Shown piece by piece: positions 1 through 13,170 of a stretch of 64,000 nucleotides of DNA. Within the stretch, counting starts at the first letter, position 1; each line of letters begins with the position of its first letter. The notes under the pieces are model-generated. The model saw only the letters and a program-made list of their open reading frames with translations, ran no database searches and was not told the origin of the DNA. Position numbers and translations under genes: made by a program. This stretch comes from Lophium mytilinum (Eukaryota): contig MU004199.1 of NCBI GenBank assembly GCA_010093605.1, positions 1,375,533-1,439,532 on the forward strand. The letters are read 5' to 3'.

Positions 1-895
1 AGCACGAACGGTCTCGAGCTCGGAAGGGGTGACTAAATCTGTCTTGTTGATGACTACGACATCCGCATGGGATATCTGGAGATGTGCAGTCGTCAGTTCA
101 TCGCCTTCGTGCTTGTGGTTTTCGGTAGCGTCGTGGACTACCGTCTCAGCTGGTGCTTCATCTAGGCTTTTGAGGATGTTCTTGGCGTCAACCAGTGTGA
201 CAATGCCGTCGAGATAGATGGTGCTCCCGAGCCCTTCGTCAACCCAGAAGAGAGGTGCTATGTTGCCAGGGTCTGCGAGGCCGGTGGTCTCGAGCAGGAT
301 GTAGTCGAAAAAGCCGCGGCGGTCCATGAGCGACTCGATAGCTGCGACGCCGGAATCTCTGTAGGCATGTGTTAGGAGATTGCTGAGACCGAGACTGGCG
401 TTGGTGGTCATGACACCTACTTTACAGAACAGCATATGCAGCCGTTGGCTAGATCTAGCCATTCTTCCGCTTGCTGACCGTCCTTTGATACTGTGAGGGA
501 CTTTTCTATGTCGACAGCTGTGGTGAGAAATTGAATTAGAGCGGAACTCTACAAACGCAGGGCAAAGTCATACAATCACCAAACTCTGTAAGCGGTGGTC
601 AGAGGACTTCTTTTCAGAGCATGTGCATGGGACGAACCATTCAGTATTACTGCAATCTTCTTTCCGTGGCGTTCTGTCAAGATGTAATTCAGAAGCGTTG
701 TCTTGCCAGCTCCGAGATAACCTAGAAGTTTAGTTGACGTCGAGTTGCAACTAACCATAAGACCATACCTGTGATTATCGTTATGGGAACTTTTGTGACT
801 GATACCTCGCTGACTTCGGTCTCAAGGCCGGTCTCATCTTGTCCCGAGGCTACGAGGAGAGGTGGCGCCTCATCTTCATCCAAGTCAACGCTCAT
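1..895 (-). CDS. CobW/COG0523-family G3E GTPase, putative zinc metallochaperone (ZNG1/CBWD-like); 3' end runs off the window
   Basis: ATG at 895 ([15 protein letters not shown]...VPITIITG). Spliced product has Walker [20 protein letters not shown], metal-binding GCICC and [12 protein letters not shown] introns at about 722-768, 586-637, 518-573 and 359-420, with a 12-nt microexon at 574-585. Confidence 0.9.
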
Positions 896-976
896 AGTAA
901 GCTGTATAGTGCTGTCTTTACAGCCCCTAGCAATGCACCGAAATGGTGGCTATGATCGCCGATATTGAAACCTTCC

Positions 977-1233
977 CTGAGCGGTTAGAATCGGAAAGGG
1001 CTGCGAGGATCTCTGACAAGGAATAAATAAAAATGGGAGAGTTTATTTGGAGGTAAGCGGTTGAGACTTCTGAGTGAACGACTGATGGACAAGAGGTGAA
1101 TATTGATTGGAAATAGGAATATATATACTGAATCGCGGAAATTGTGGGGACGCTTTGAGAACACCGCTTCGAAACTTCGGAATTGCTCGAAGCCGCAGTG
1201 TTGACCTTAAGGAGAGAAAAGGCAAACACTTAC
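977..1233 (-). other. Probable 5'-UTR intron of the CobW-family gene
   Basis: Minus-strand donor G|GTAAGT at 1233, branch TTCTAAC at about 984-990, acceptor CAG at 977; lies 82 nt upstream of the ATG. Confidence 0.55.
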
Positions 1234-1460
1234 CCTTGTGCTAGAGCTGGACAGGCCTTCCCACAGTAGGTAATATTAGAAGAGGACGTTGATGGTAAAG
1301 GGACTTGCCGGAGTGACGTGAAGCTGGAGTGAAGAAAGAGTCTTCCCAAATCAGGTCTAGCGCGTCACATCTCTTGGCATACCCAAATACCAACCCGTCC
1401 GATCGTGAACTCCAAGCACAAGCCCAATCCCCAACCCGACACCGTGTAACGAGCCCGAGA

Positions 1461-3055
1461 ATGATGGCAGCATTGTCTCCGTCGAGCTCGCCTCGACTAC
1501 CAAGCCCGCCGCCGATTGCAGAAGACCAGATAGGGCCGAAGTCGCCAACAGGCGCCCAAGCCGAACAACAGGCCAAGCTGTTCAGCATAGTAGACCATGG
1601 CGCGTCAAGGAGAATACGGCCGGGGACAAAGGCGGAAGATATGACCGAAGGCCCTCCGCTGGTGGACTTGACAGAAGTACGTTAGCGATCTGGGAAGGCC
1701 AAAATCCGCAGAGCCACAGCAACACAACTTCATCGCAGACTACGGAGCTCCAAGCTAATTCAATTCTCTAGATAGACTCGGCCTTCCAGCTGACCGAACA
1801 CCTCAAAGCCCTCCACAATGCCCTCACGCATCCAATAGGCACAAACAATACAATCCCCATCGACAAGACCATGGCCATGCGACTTGCCCACCCCCCGGAC
1901 GGCGTCGACAAGTCGCTGTGGCTCTACGAACTCTGCCGCTTCCTTACGCAAAAAGTAAACTCAATCATCATCGCCCTCTTCTCCGACAACCCGCCCTGCT
2001 CCTCCCACACCTGCCCCGAGATGCGCGCCTCGGAATGGCAGTATCTCTGCGCGGTCCACGACCCCCCGAAATCGTGCTGCGCAATCGACTACTGCTGCCA
2101 CACGCTCGACTGGGCCGCCAATACGCTTACATCGCCCAAACACTTCCCGTCGCGGTTGGCGCTAGGGACTGAGGCCAGCACGGCGCATTTGCAGGTGCGA
2201 CAGATTACGAATATATTCAGGAGGGTCTACCGCATCTTTGCACACGCGTGGTTCCAGCACCGCGAGATGTTCTGGAAGGTAGAGACGCGGACGGGGCTCT
2301 ATATCTTCTTCAAGACGGTCTGCGATGTCTACAGCTTGATTCCCGAGGACAACTTTACTATTCCACCGGACGCGGAAGGAGTGGAGTCGACGCCGACAGC
2401 GACGTCAAGCACGGTTGCGTCGATCTATGTGCGGGACGACGAGAATAGGCCTGTGGACGAAGAGAAGCTAGAACCACCTGCTTCGGAGAAGGAAGCGCAG
2501 CCCGGAAACACTACAAAGCGCGTGCATAGGCATACACCGTCGGTCGGCGTAACAGCCGTCTCCACCGTCGTTGAAGAGAACGAGGATGAGGAAGAGAACC
2601 CAGCAGCACAAAAACAAGCGGCCGCAGAAACAAAATCAGAACCAGAGATCCTCCCTGTGCCTGAGGAGCTAGAGCCAGAAGAAGAGGAGCTAATCGAGCC
2701 GCCGACTCCCATGACGGCGATCGAGGACTCGGCAGACCAAGCCCAAGATCTTGCAGAACCTGAAAACAAGCTGCAGCGTGCCCTAACGCCAGAATCCGAG
2801 CCAGAGGTCGTGGAACCGCCTGCCGCGGAGGCGGAGCAGCACCCGCTGTCCGAGACGGAAGATCCGCTGCCGAAAGCGGAAGAACTCGATGAGAGTGGGG
2901 TTGCGGATGCGGAACCAGCGCCTGTCGCACCAGTGGCGGCGGAAGCGGAGGACGAGAAGGGAGAGAAGGCCGAACCCGCGGCAACGACAGTGGAGCCTGT
3001 GGAGACGAAGGATGAGACGGCGGAGGCGGGTGAGGCGAAGAAGGACGATGCGTGA
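1461..3055 (+). CDS. mob3: Phocein/MOB3 (Mob1/phocein family, STRIPAK subunit) with long acidic C-terminal tail
   Basis: Exon 1 1461-1676, intron 1677-1771 (GTACGT...CTAAT...TAG). Motifs WLYELCRF, CPEMRASEWQYLCAVHDPPKSCCAIDYCCHTLD, HFPSR and RRVYRIFAHAWFQHR are typical of the phocein branch. Confidence 0.9.
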
Positions 3056-6000
3056 GCTGTTGTTACTGTCCGTTTGGGAAGGGCATATGTAACAGTAATT
3101 CCAGGGTTGGTAGAGACGATGCTGTTACCAGGGAGTTTAAGTTTGTAGCGCTTGAGCGCTTGATGGGCATTCTATTAGCCTTTGATACCACGTCAAATAA
3201 GCTTCTGGTAAATAGGATGTTTTGTATAAGTACGACATTATTGAGAGTTTATCACATCTTGTACCAGTCTAATGCGCGTCAGACGTTTTCGTGTAATGTT
3301 AGATTTGTGATATAATCCACGCGTCCTCTTGTGTAATGTCAACGGCCTAGCTAAACGCTTCTTCCCTGTGATATTATTTAAGCAAAATATGCTAGTGTTC
3401 CAAGATTAGAACAGTAAGGTCAGGTCATGAATGTAAAAAGCTTATGTAGCAGAGACCTTAAGTAAATACCATTAGTAAACGCACAAATACTTTAAATAGC
3501 AAGATGCTTCTGTTGACTGTTAAGCTTCACTCCCAGGACATCCTAGCGAGAGACGACGCTGGTAGATGAAACATAACCATTAGTCCTACCGGTTCAAGGC
3601 CTATATTTCCCCATGTAAGAGCATTCGAAGTGCGTTTAGAGCGGTGAAGAGTGTCCGCAGGCTCAAGTGTTCTCATGCTGTGCCTCCCAGCTCATCACGC
3701 ACAACATCACTTCACCGCATGCAAGACCGTTGCGTCATCCATGGGCAGCGATCAGCACACACCCTTCCCGGCCCCATTCTCCCCAGACTCGCCAAGCAGC
3801 GGGTCTGTGGGATCAGTGCCTTTTCTTTTCTCTGGAACCGATTGCAGCAGGTTGCCACGTGCCATCCGCGAACCAGGCACCTCCACAACTCTCATCGATC
3901 GTCATCGGCATACACGTTGCAGGAGACGTGGACAGCGCCGTGCTGCGTTGATGCGCTGCATGAAGGTGGGTCTGCGGATAAAACAACGGTGTTCTTCTTA
4001 CGGGAAGTCGAAGCTGGCACTACTCCATTAATCAAAGGCCTGTAGATGACTGCCAGAACGCGCTGCTGCCGGTTGGTGTGATTGGCCGTCTACTTTAACC
4101 TTTTAAAGAGGTGCAGAGGGTTGATCAAATTGGCTCGCCGCGGGCGGGAACGCAGTTCGCCGTGCCGATGATCGGTGAGAGGGGCAGGTGGAGGTTGCAG
4201 GGTGGCTGCGACGTGAGGCTGAAAGCGGATGGTGAGAGAGGGCTGCCGCGGGCTTTTCTGGCGTCGACGGGCGGCTCGCACAATTGCTTCTTCTGGGCTG
4301 GGGCGCCGGGGCGGTGGTCGGCTGGGATGGGGCGCGCCAGGAGGCTGGAGGCGGGTCCCTGAGGCTTGGGATCAGGAAGAAGAGCAGCGCTGTTGCGTCT
4401 TGGATGAATGAAGAAGGTGGACGAGGTTGTGATGCAGGGGATGGCACAGACTTTCACCGACGCGAGCGCACGATGCAGCCGGGGACTCGAAGGGGCGCGA
4501 GGGTGCTGCATGTTGCGCATGACGAGGCCGACGAGGTGCCTGGCGCGGCCGGATGAGGTGGTGCTCATGCTGCCTGGTGTGAGGTGTGCAGTTGGGCGGG
4601 GCGGCTTCGACGTTCCGATATGTGCCCATCCATGCTCGATCAGCTGCGGCTTGCCGTCTTCAGGCGAGCGCAAGCTAAGCGGTGCTGGCGGAGCTTGGTG
4701 GTGGAGCACGCCGAAGGAGTCGGACCATGCTGGATGTTCCGCCAGGGTGTTGACGTCCTGGCTTTATCTGATCCTACCTGCTTCCACCACCAGAGCCAGC
4801 ATCTCAGCTTCTGGCCATCACGCCCTCTCCAGCTCTTGAAACGCCGGGGATGCACGAGCAGCTTCACGCAACTCAAAGCATGTCGGCTGCAGGCAGAGCA
4901 GGCAAGAGTTTTTCGAGGCGGCGGATTCGCTGACGGAGCGAGGCCTGGTCGCCCTCACACTCAGGTCGCTTTGGCGAGGGCGCAGACGCCACAGTAGCTG
5001 CAGCCTCTGACAGCACCCCGGCCCGCAGGGAAGTCTGGGGTAAGAATGCCTGATTGGGCTGGCTACAACGCCTTGCTGCTGGCCAACGGGCCGGACTGGT
5101 AGGGGACCCGGTGCGCGCGCCAATTGCTGAGCGCGAGGCCGTCTGGTGTGACTGTCAGTTGAGGTGCAGACGCCGATGCAGACGCCGATGATGCTCGAGG
5201 CCTGTGAACAGAGGCCTGTGCTGCTTTTGTTCGAGAACGACAATAAGAACGCCTGGTCTGGCCGCTGGGAGCGGGTGGGCGACCGCATCGCATGCCGACA
5301 GCCGGGGGACATGCAGACTGCTCCTTTGTGACGTGGAGAGAGGATGGGCAGTCCAAGCTGCCTCGTCGACGACGCCGTGCTCAAGGGCTGCAGCTCTGCA
5401 GGAGCAGGGTGTGTGGTGAGGGCGCTCAGGGCAGCAGAGTAGGCAGATGTTGCAAGCATCGAGGCGATACTGTGGAGCATCTTGGAGTTACGAGAAGATT
5501 TGACAAAGCCCCCACGCCCCGCGCTTTCTATTTGGCGGGCGGCCAAGTCACGTGCTGGCGCTATAGCGTAGTGCAGAATAATCAGCACTCAGTTGAAGCA
5601 TGCGCAAACAGCCACGATACTTTCTTACACACAAGTACCTTCTTAGCATACGCCAACAGCATTAGCTACTTATCTCTCCACTACACCCTTAGATAGTGCT
5701 GATAATTCAAGAGTATCCTTATGTAGTGGGGGGTTCTCACTTTCTTGAGGCGTCTAATATTGTTTCCTACTTGGTACAGAAAGACATGCCTGTGCTGCCT
5801 GCGGCTCTGCAGTTAATTCTGCCTCTATTCTGCACACATGGGATGAGGGACAGACTACAGCTCCCCGCCCGCGACCTCGAGAACAGCCCCCACGCCAACA
5901 CCCGTGACTTTGCTCACGCTTCTCCGCACTGGCCTCTGTGGCTGCTCTAGGGCTTCAACGGCAGACACGGCACGGCTCACGAGAGACGCCGCCGTTGGAT

Positions 6001-6796
6001 GGCCTCTGCCTCTGCCTCTTTTGCATGCCGAGGGCGCATCAAAACGCTGTTCGCAGCATCGAGACACGGCAGCAGCGTGCAGGCCAGACTGTGCACACCT
6101 CTGCTCCTCCCCTTCGGCATACCCCAGACGGCGATCGCAGTGACAAGCTTGCAGTTATCGCGGCTGCGGCGGAGATCCCAAGCGCTGCAATAAACCCAGG
6201 TCAGACTTCCTGCGCGCCGCCGCCCATATCCCGCAAACCCGCAGCCTTGAGAAAGGCCGCTGCCCCCATCCTTCTCGCCCTCTGTCTGCTGAATCCCACG
6301 CTCGCCGGCCACCACGAGCTTCCCTCCACGCTGCCACGCAGAGACGGCCCTCGAAGCACCGAAGCACTCTTCTAAGACCGCCCATCATCCCGCTCTCCCC
6401 AGCCCGCCGCCCGCGTGTCGCTGCAGGTCATCCACCAACCTGACGGAGCACTCCGCGACCCCAAACCCCTCCACGCCGCCGCCCTACACCACCACCAGGG
6501 CACACGCTTCCCTGACTATCCCGTGATCTCCGCTCAAATCGCCCCGGGGTGCTGTTGATCTCGACAGCCTCGACACTCGAGTTGCATCTGCTGCCGTGCA
6601 ACCTAAAGGACCACACACCTGGAGGATGCTCGCCGACGTCCGATAGCCTCAACCCCAAGACACCGCAATTACCCACTGCCCGCGACCCGTAAGCATTGCA
6701 CGCGACCGCTTGAAACCGCGAAATTACCACTGGGAGCCCTCCGTGAGCTTACCCACCCCTCGACGCCGCTGCGACTCGGCGAATTGACGACCTACC

Positions 6797-9700
6797 ATGA
6801 CGGCGCAAATTCTTTCCATGCATACATCGCACGCGTCGGATTTTGGAAAGATGGACTCGATGCTCCCCCAGAAGATGGACACCTCCCAGGTCGAGCCGCC
6901 GACGCCCTCGTCACCGGGCGAGAACCGCGGCCGCCGGCGCAACAGGGAGGATGGCGGAGACATCATGGACGGCGATAATGGCGACGACGGCGAGGCCGGT
7001 GGCTCCTCGAGGAAGCGCAGGAGGAGCCGCAAAGGTCTGGACAAGAAGTTCGAGTGCCCGCACGAAGGCTGTGGGAAGAGCTATTCGAGGGCAGAGCATT
7101 TATACCGCCACCAGCTCAATCGTAAGTTCCCCTTCGTCCTTTTAGCAGGATTTGCCCCCAGAGGTAAAGTAGAGAGGTGGAGGGCAGCGGCAGGCCTCAC
7201 GACCCGCTCTCAGGGCAGCATATGTCTCGGGGAGGCGAAATGCACCCGTGGTTCGCGTGGAAAACTTGTCTAACCGCGGTTTCACAGACAATCCAAAGCA
7301 GATCTACCACTGCGACTTTCCCGAGTGCCACCGCTCCTTCGTCCGCCAGGACCTATGTGCCCGCCACAAGGAGAGACACACGGCGCGAGGCTCGCAGCTG
7401 CTGCGCAAGGACACATTCATGCACAATATCAACCCTATTGTGACCGCCGCTATGGCGCCGAAGAACCAGCCTGGGAACCTTGGCAAGATGGTGAGGGCCT
7501 CCCCCACGGCAAGACCCCCCCTGAGGGATTTTAGGACTCTCACTGACGTCCTGCAGATTCAGCAGGGACCACCGGAACGATCCTTTGCGATGCAGTCTCC
7601 TGCGTCTGCCGTGCCCAGCTCAGGCACTGCGGGCTCGGAAATCTCCCCGCCGCTGGACCCTACGCTGCACTCTCCAGCATCTGATATAGCCGCGCGGCAG
7701 GTGCACAATCCCCTGAACCGCACGCGGAGTGACGACAACTACCGCGGGCCTGATGCCAAGCCCTACGATATGGCTTCTCGGCCTCCAGGAACGTTCGGAC
7801 CGCCTCATCCGCGACAGTCCAGCTTCGGGTCCTTCAACAATGTCCGGCCTCAGGTCTCGCCGCATATGAGCAACGGGACTAACTTCTCGCGACCCGATCT
7901 GCGGACCCAGACCTCGAACTTGACATCCTACGGCTCGAATTCGCCATACAACTCGGCCACAACGCCTGCACAGTCCTACCCCACTTCGGCACCCGTCAAC
8001 AGTTCGTACCCATCACAATCGCCCTCTGCATACCAGCCACAGCAGAACTTCCCGCCGTTTTCTTCTCTGCCGCCTCCAGAGTATGCAACGATGACGCAAG
8101 CTCCAGCCGCACGAGATCAGGACACTTCGTCCTACAACGGGACCTCTGGGCCGACCCCAATGAGCGGAATGGAGAACACGTCCTCCGGCGACACGAGGAT
8201 GAATGGCGTCTCTGAAGCGCAGTTCGTGGAGAACATGACCCCGTCGTATGCCATGCCCGTGTTTGGCGGCGACGGATATAGCCGCTCTCCTTTTGCTATG
8301 GCAGACGACTTTGCAGCGTGGCTGTTCAACGACTCCAACTCCTTCGGCGGTCCTGGCACGTCTCCGATGGGATATCCAGCTGGCGGCGGTGGTGTTGGAA
8401 ACGCAATAGGCGGTGCTTCTCAGATCGGCCTGCAAGCACCGTACTTCAACTATGATCCCGTAGTCAGTGGTTACTACAACCAGCCTGCACCTCCGCAGCA
8501 CCCCATGGCTGTCAACAGCATTCTCGATACTAGCTTACCAGAATCTGCGCTCTCCGAGGACAAGAGGCAACAGCTGTTGGATCTGATCATGGGCCGCTTC
8601 AACGAAACCGATCATGCGCCCGTCAAGAAACAGAAAGATGAGATCTGCGACGGCAATAAAGAGGACGACAACCATGTTCTCAGCCTGCATATGATGCAGA
8701 CCTACATTGGCTCCTTCTGGGTTCATTTCCATCCGCAGCTACCGATACTGCATCGGCCAACGTTCAACGCAGCATCATGTCCCGATCTCCTGCTGTTGGC
8801 TATGATGTCTCTGGGTGCGTCGTGCTTAGACAAGACCTACGGACATGAGAAAGCGCAAGCGTGCTCTCAGCTGTCAAACTTCTTAGCGTGGCACTTGCGC
8901 TGGGAGATATTCGTAAGTATCAGCTGTCTATACTGCTCTGCATTCAAACTGACTTATTCTTGCAGATGGATGCAGATTTCCGCCCGCCAGCCAAGCTGTG
9001 GGTCTTCCAGGCACTTTTGCTGCTTGAGATGTTCGAAAAGATGTACTCAACACGTCCGCTACACGAGAGAGCGCACATACATCATGCCACCACGCTTACG
9101 CTGATGCGGAGAGGCTCTTCGTTGATTGGGAGGTCGGCCATGGACTCACCACCCAGCGTCAAGGACGCAAAGGTTGGGGTGAATGGCAACCATCCCTCTG
9201 GGACTCATACTCCGGACGAATGGTGGAATCACTGGATCACTAACGAGGCCACAAGGCGTGCTGCTTTTGCTGCCTTCGTCATGGACTCGATTCATGCAAC
9301 TATGGTAAGTCCAAACTCCTGATAGAGAGGAGGAGCCTTCGCTAATGGACTCAGTTTGGTCATTCTGCCGTTATGGTTGCTCACGAGATGCGGTTGCCAC
9401 TGCCCTGTGATGAAGCGCTCTGGTCTGCAACGAGCAGCTCAGAGGTTGGTCGAGTAGAAGCCAGCCTTCACTCGAACGGCATCAAGCCCGTCACATTCCT
9501 AGACGGATTGAAGAAGACGCTGAATGGAACCAGCGTGCGGACTAACAGTTTCGGAAGGACGATCCTCATGGCGGGCTTGCTGTCCGTTTCCTGGCATATG
9601 AACCAACGAGACCTTCAAGTCAGCAGCCTAGGTGTATCACAGGCACTGGGCGGCCGCGACAAATGGCGAGGCTCCCTCACTCGAGCATTCGACTTCTGGA

Positions 9701-10404
9701 AACAGGACTTCGACACCTCCCTCGCAGGTCACAAAGACGGGCCCAATGCGTACCAGTCCTACCACCACTACGACGAGGACAATGTCTTCGAGAGCCGTAC
9801 GGTCCTCCACCACATGGCTCACATGGCAATGCATGTCGACATCGTAGACTGCCAGATCTACGCTGGTGCCACAAGGTTACTAGGCCGATCCATAACGCCT
9901 CAAGACTACAACGGCGCTCAGCGGCGCATGAAGGAGACATGGGCGCCGACAGCTCGTGCCCGCGACGCGACATTCTACGCACTCCAGTTCCTCTCCAAAG
10001 TCCTGGTGCCGGACGAAAGCAGCCACAACGCGACATCCTCCAGTACGCTCCCATTCGACTACAACGCTCGCGACGACTGTCTCCTGAACCGCCCCTGGGT
10101 GCTGTACTTCGCAACCCTCATTGTGTGGAGCTACGGCTACGCGCTCGACGGGCCGATCAAGTCGGCGTACCGGCTGCCAACGCACGAGGACAAGGTGCGC
10201 GATATGCAGATCTTCCTACGCAGAGCGCTACGGGATGTCCGGGCGCCGGATGATCTGGCCAAGATGCAGAACCGAAACGCATGCCTGGGGCTGCTCGTGC
10301 TTATGCGCGACATGTTCCGCAAGACGCGGTGGGAGTTGCTGCATGAGGCGAGCAATTTGCTGACCAAGTGTATTGATATGCTCGTTCCGGGAGCGGGGAT
10401 GTAA
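6797..10404 (+). CDS. Two-finger C2H2 zinc-finger transcription factor with fungal-specific TF domain (Zas1/Klf1/Rsf2-like architecture)
   Basis: Fingers FECPHEGCGKSYSRAEHLYRHQLNH and YHCDFPECHRSFVRQDLCARHKERH; fungal TF domain (FHPQLPILHRPTF...EATRRAAFAAFVMD...LPLPCDEALW). Introns 7122-7287, 7491-7556, 8913-8965, 9305-9354. Start codon uncertain among several in-frame ATGs. Confidence 0.88.
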
Positions 10405-11649
10405 AAAGAGGAAGCGGGTACGGCGGTGGTTGGTAATGGATTCTGGAAACTGGAGTTGGGTGTTCTGTTGTACACTACTCATTTCTTCTTTCACCGTTGG
10501 GTCTGGTCGCGTATTGGGAGAGGATATGATTTTGCAGTCCGGGTGGGGACGGGAGGGAGGGGGGGACGGGGGAGAAGTTTATGGTTGACGACGGGCACGC
10601 GGACAACGACGTGGATGTGGGAAAAGCCTGTGAATGTTTGAAAGGCGGATGTATAGGTCTGATATGGGAGGGGGCCGGTCTTTTCTGAGTGGCTTTTTGA
10701 ACTATACCCCACAACGCGAGGGTGGTGAGCGATATTTTTGTGTCCAAGTTTTAGGGGGATTTATTTTTGAAGTAAGCATATGCCGATGAGTGTGTAAATA
10801 GAAAGCAGCTGCAGAGTCAATTTTGGTCTCGACTGATCTTGGATGATGTCTACTTCATGTCTGGGTGATGAAACTGTGTTATGTTGGAGTCTATTACTTT
10901 GTCTTGGTATCAGCTTTTAGCACGACAGACCGGTACATGTCCTTGTTCCAAGAGTAGCTGGGATATTAGCCAAATATACCAGCCTACGATCAGGAGAATT
11001 TGAATCATTCAGCTCATTTGAGCTAGTAGAAATCTATCTCATTGTATGTCCACCTTTTGGTTAAATACTGCGTGCACAACATGTTGTTAATAGGTTGAAG
11101 CGTTCCAGTAGCGGATACCAATGAAGCTTGACTGCCATATTGCATGTCTCTCCCCTTCTGGATACGAATATAAGGAGCCTGCGAAGCCCTCCCAATCTTC
11201 GAGGCCTCAATGTACTTGTGTCGGCCCTCTTCTCTTCGTATTGTCAAGCGCTCTATTGCAGCCTCGTAGAACCCAGCTTCAGGCCGTCGAGGTAGAGGTA
11301 TGCTGTCCGTGGTGTGGTATATCTATTGGCCACTTTCTTGCTGTCGCTATCAAGTCCCTTGTTGCCAACTAATTCGAGTGTTGCGTCTCGTTTCATCGGG
11401 AGAAGGAGGAGCGTAGGCTGTCCCATAGGGTTTGGTTAACGAAACTGGGCAGCAATTAGTGATACCCCTTTCCCTGTAGCTCCGGTCAATGCAATGTGCC
11501 CCCGTTTGACTTTGCAGATGGTCTTGCCTCCGATGAGTTGTGTGTTGGTCCCCCTTATATCACCGTCCGGTACCACCGCCAGCACTATCCCCTATGGCCT
11601 TGTCCATCCGACAACGACGGACTAAACTGTTCGGCCTCGTCGTCTCTCA

Positions 11650-12170
11650 GTGTTCCCCGTTAGAACCTGTGTGCCTTCCTCCCCTGATTCCCAGCGCGCG
11701 CGAAGATTGAGAGCATATTTCAACGGAAGGGGGAGCAGCGGCGGTACAGAGGCCCTGAAGGCTGTGGATGGAGCTGTCGCGGATATACAATGGCCTCCAG
11801 CTGTTATTGTCGTCTCCTTCCCACCTATCCCGAAGATCTTGAGGTCTCGTGTTGATAGCTGAGGAGCAGAGGCGGTACTGCTGGCCCAGGGTGATAGGGG
11901 AAGCTCTCGCAGATGCCCAGGGGCCCCCAGATATCATTGTCCCCTGTTTTCCAGCCATCTCGAGATCTTGAGCTCTTGTATTGATGGATGAGGAGCGAAC
12001 GCGGTGCCGGTGGGCTCATGGCGATCGAGGTGCGCTCGCTGATGGTCAGTGACCGCCAGACGATGTCTTCTTCAGGTTTCAGCTGGCCCAACGATCTTGG
12101 GTCCTTATATCGAAGAATGAGGAGGTAGGGAGGTGTTGGCGATGGTTGAGGAGCTTCTAGTGTGAAGGCG
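11650..12170 (-). repeat. Diverged tandem array, about four copies of a ~129-bp unit
   Basis: Anchor GATCTT(G)/GATT at 12093, 11964, 11835 and 11705 (spacings 129, 129, 130). Minus-strand translation gives related 43-aa units (e.g. SRSRDGWKTGDNDIWGPLGICES and DRWEGDDNNSWRPLYIRDS). Confidence 0.7.
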
Positions 12171-12796
12171 GCGCCGCTGGTCTGGCCCATACTCATTTGT
12201 AGTCTTGCGGATGAGAGGTGCTTCTCGGCGGTCTTCCACAGTAGACCAAGGAGAATCTAGATGCGCTGGGTGTTGAGTATCGTCAGCGCAGCCAAAAGGG
12301 GGATGAATGAGGTGTCTCTTGGAGTTGAGAGCTGAACATTCTCTCCATCGGCGCAAGGAGGACGATGGCGCCTGCCGGCCCTCCACGCGCGCTGGTCCAT
12401 ACCCAGGAAGGAGATTTCTGGATCGTGGGGATCGAGTCGCTAGCTGCCGCGGCTGTCGATGCTCCCCCCTGTCCCCGCGCCGTTGGTGTGGAGAAAGTGA
12501 CAGGCATTGATCGTGGGGGTTCCGAGGAGGGGCACGAGCTTGATCTCCTGCATTCAGGCGCAGGATAGCTTGAACACTTCGATATTATGAGAGTAGACGA
12601 TTCTCTAGAGCTAGTGAAGCTTCACGCATCCATTTGCACTCTCCCCCGAAGCTGTAGACCCAGCGCCGTGCTTCAGGACATCTCTTCTTGAACCTGCTTC
12701 TACCCGAGCACCCCGCCCGCCCTGCCTTAGTCCCCCGCCTCAACTCTACACACTCTCCCTCATCCACCATCCACCATCGTCAGAGCTGCATTACCA

Positions 12797-13170
12797 CAAG
12801 ATACTGCGCGTCCTTGAGTGTCTGGCTGAAGACAAGTGTCCGTTCTTGTCTGGAGTCAGCCTTGAGGGGCTATCCGCGATCGATCCTTGCTTCAGAGCTG
12901 ATCTCCTCGTCCAACAACAGCCACCTCTTCTCCGTCTTCATCTCCAAAGCTCCACAACCACGAGATACTGCGTATCCTTGACTGCCTAGCTGAAGACAAG
13001 AGACATTCCTTGTCAGGAGTCAGGCTTGAGGTGCCATCCGCGAGCGATCTTCGGATTCAAAGCTTCTTGGCCGTAACAACTACATCCTCCTCCGGCAGCG
13101 ACCACTGATCTTTCCCGCTTTCATCTTCGAAGCTTCAGCGACAGCAAGACTCTGCACCTCCTTTACCGCT
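12797..13170 (+). repeat. Diverged tandem repeat, two clear copies plus degenerate further copies (164-184 bp period)
   Basis: CAAGATACTGCGCGTCCTTGAGTGTCTGGCTGAAGACAAG (12797) vs CGAGATACTGCGTATCCTTGACTGCCTAGCTGAAGACAAG (12961); weaker unit starts at 13145 and 13322. Confidence 0.75.

Noticed and set aside
4125..5588. Overlapping 130-256-aa ORFs on both strands
   Set aside because: Arg/Pro/Ser/Ala-rich translations typical of non-coding GC-rich DNA; no splice-consistent gene model.
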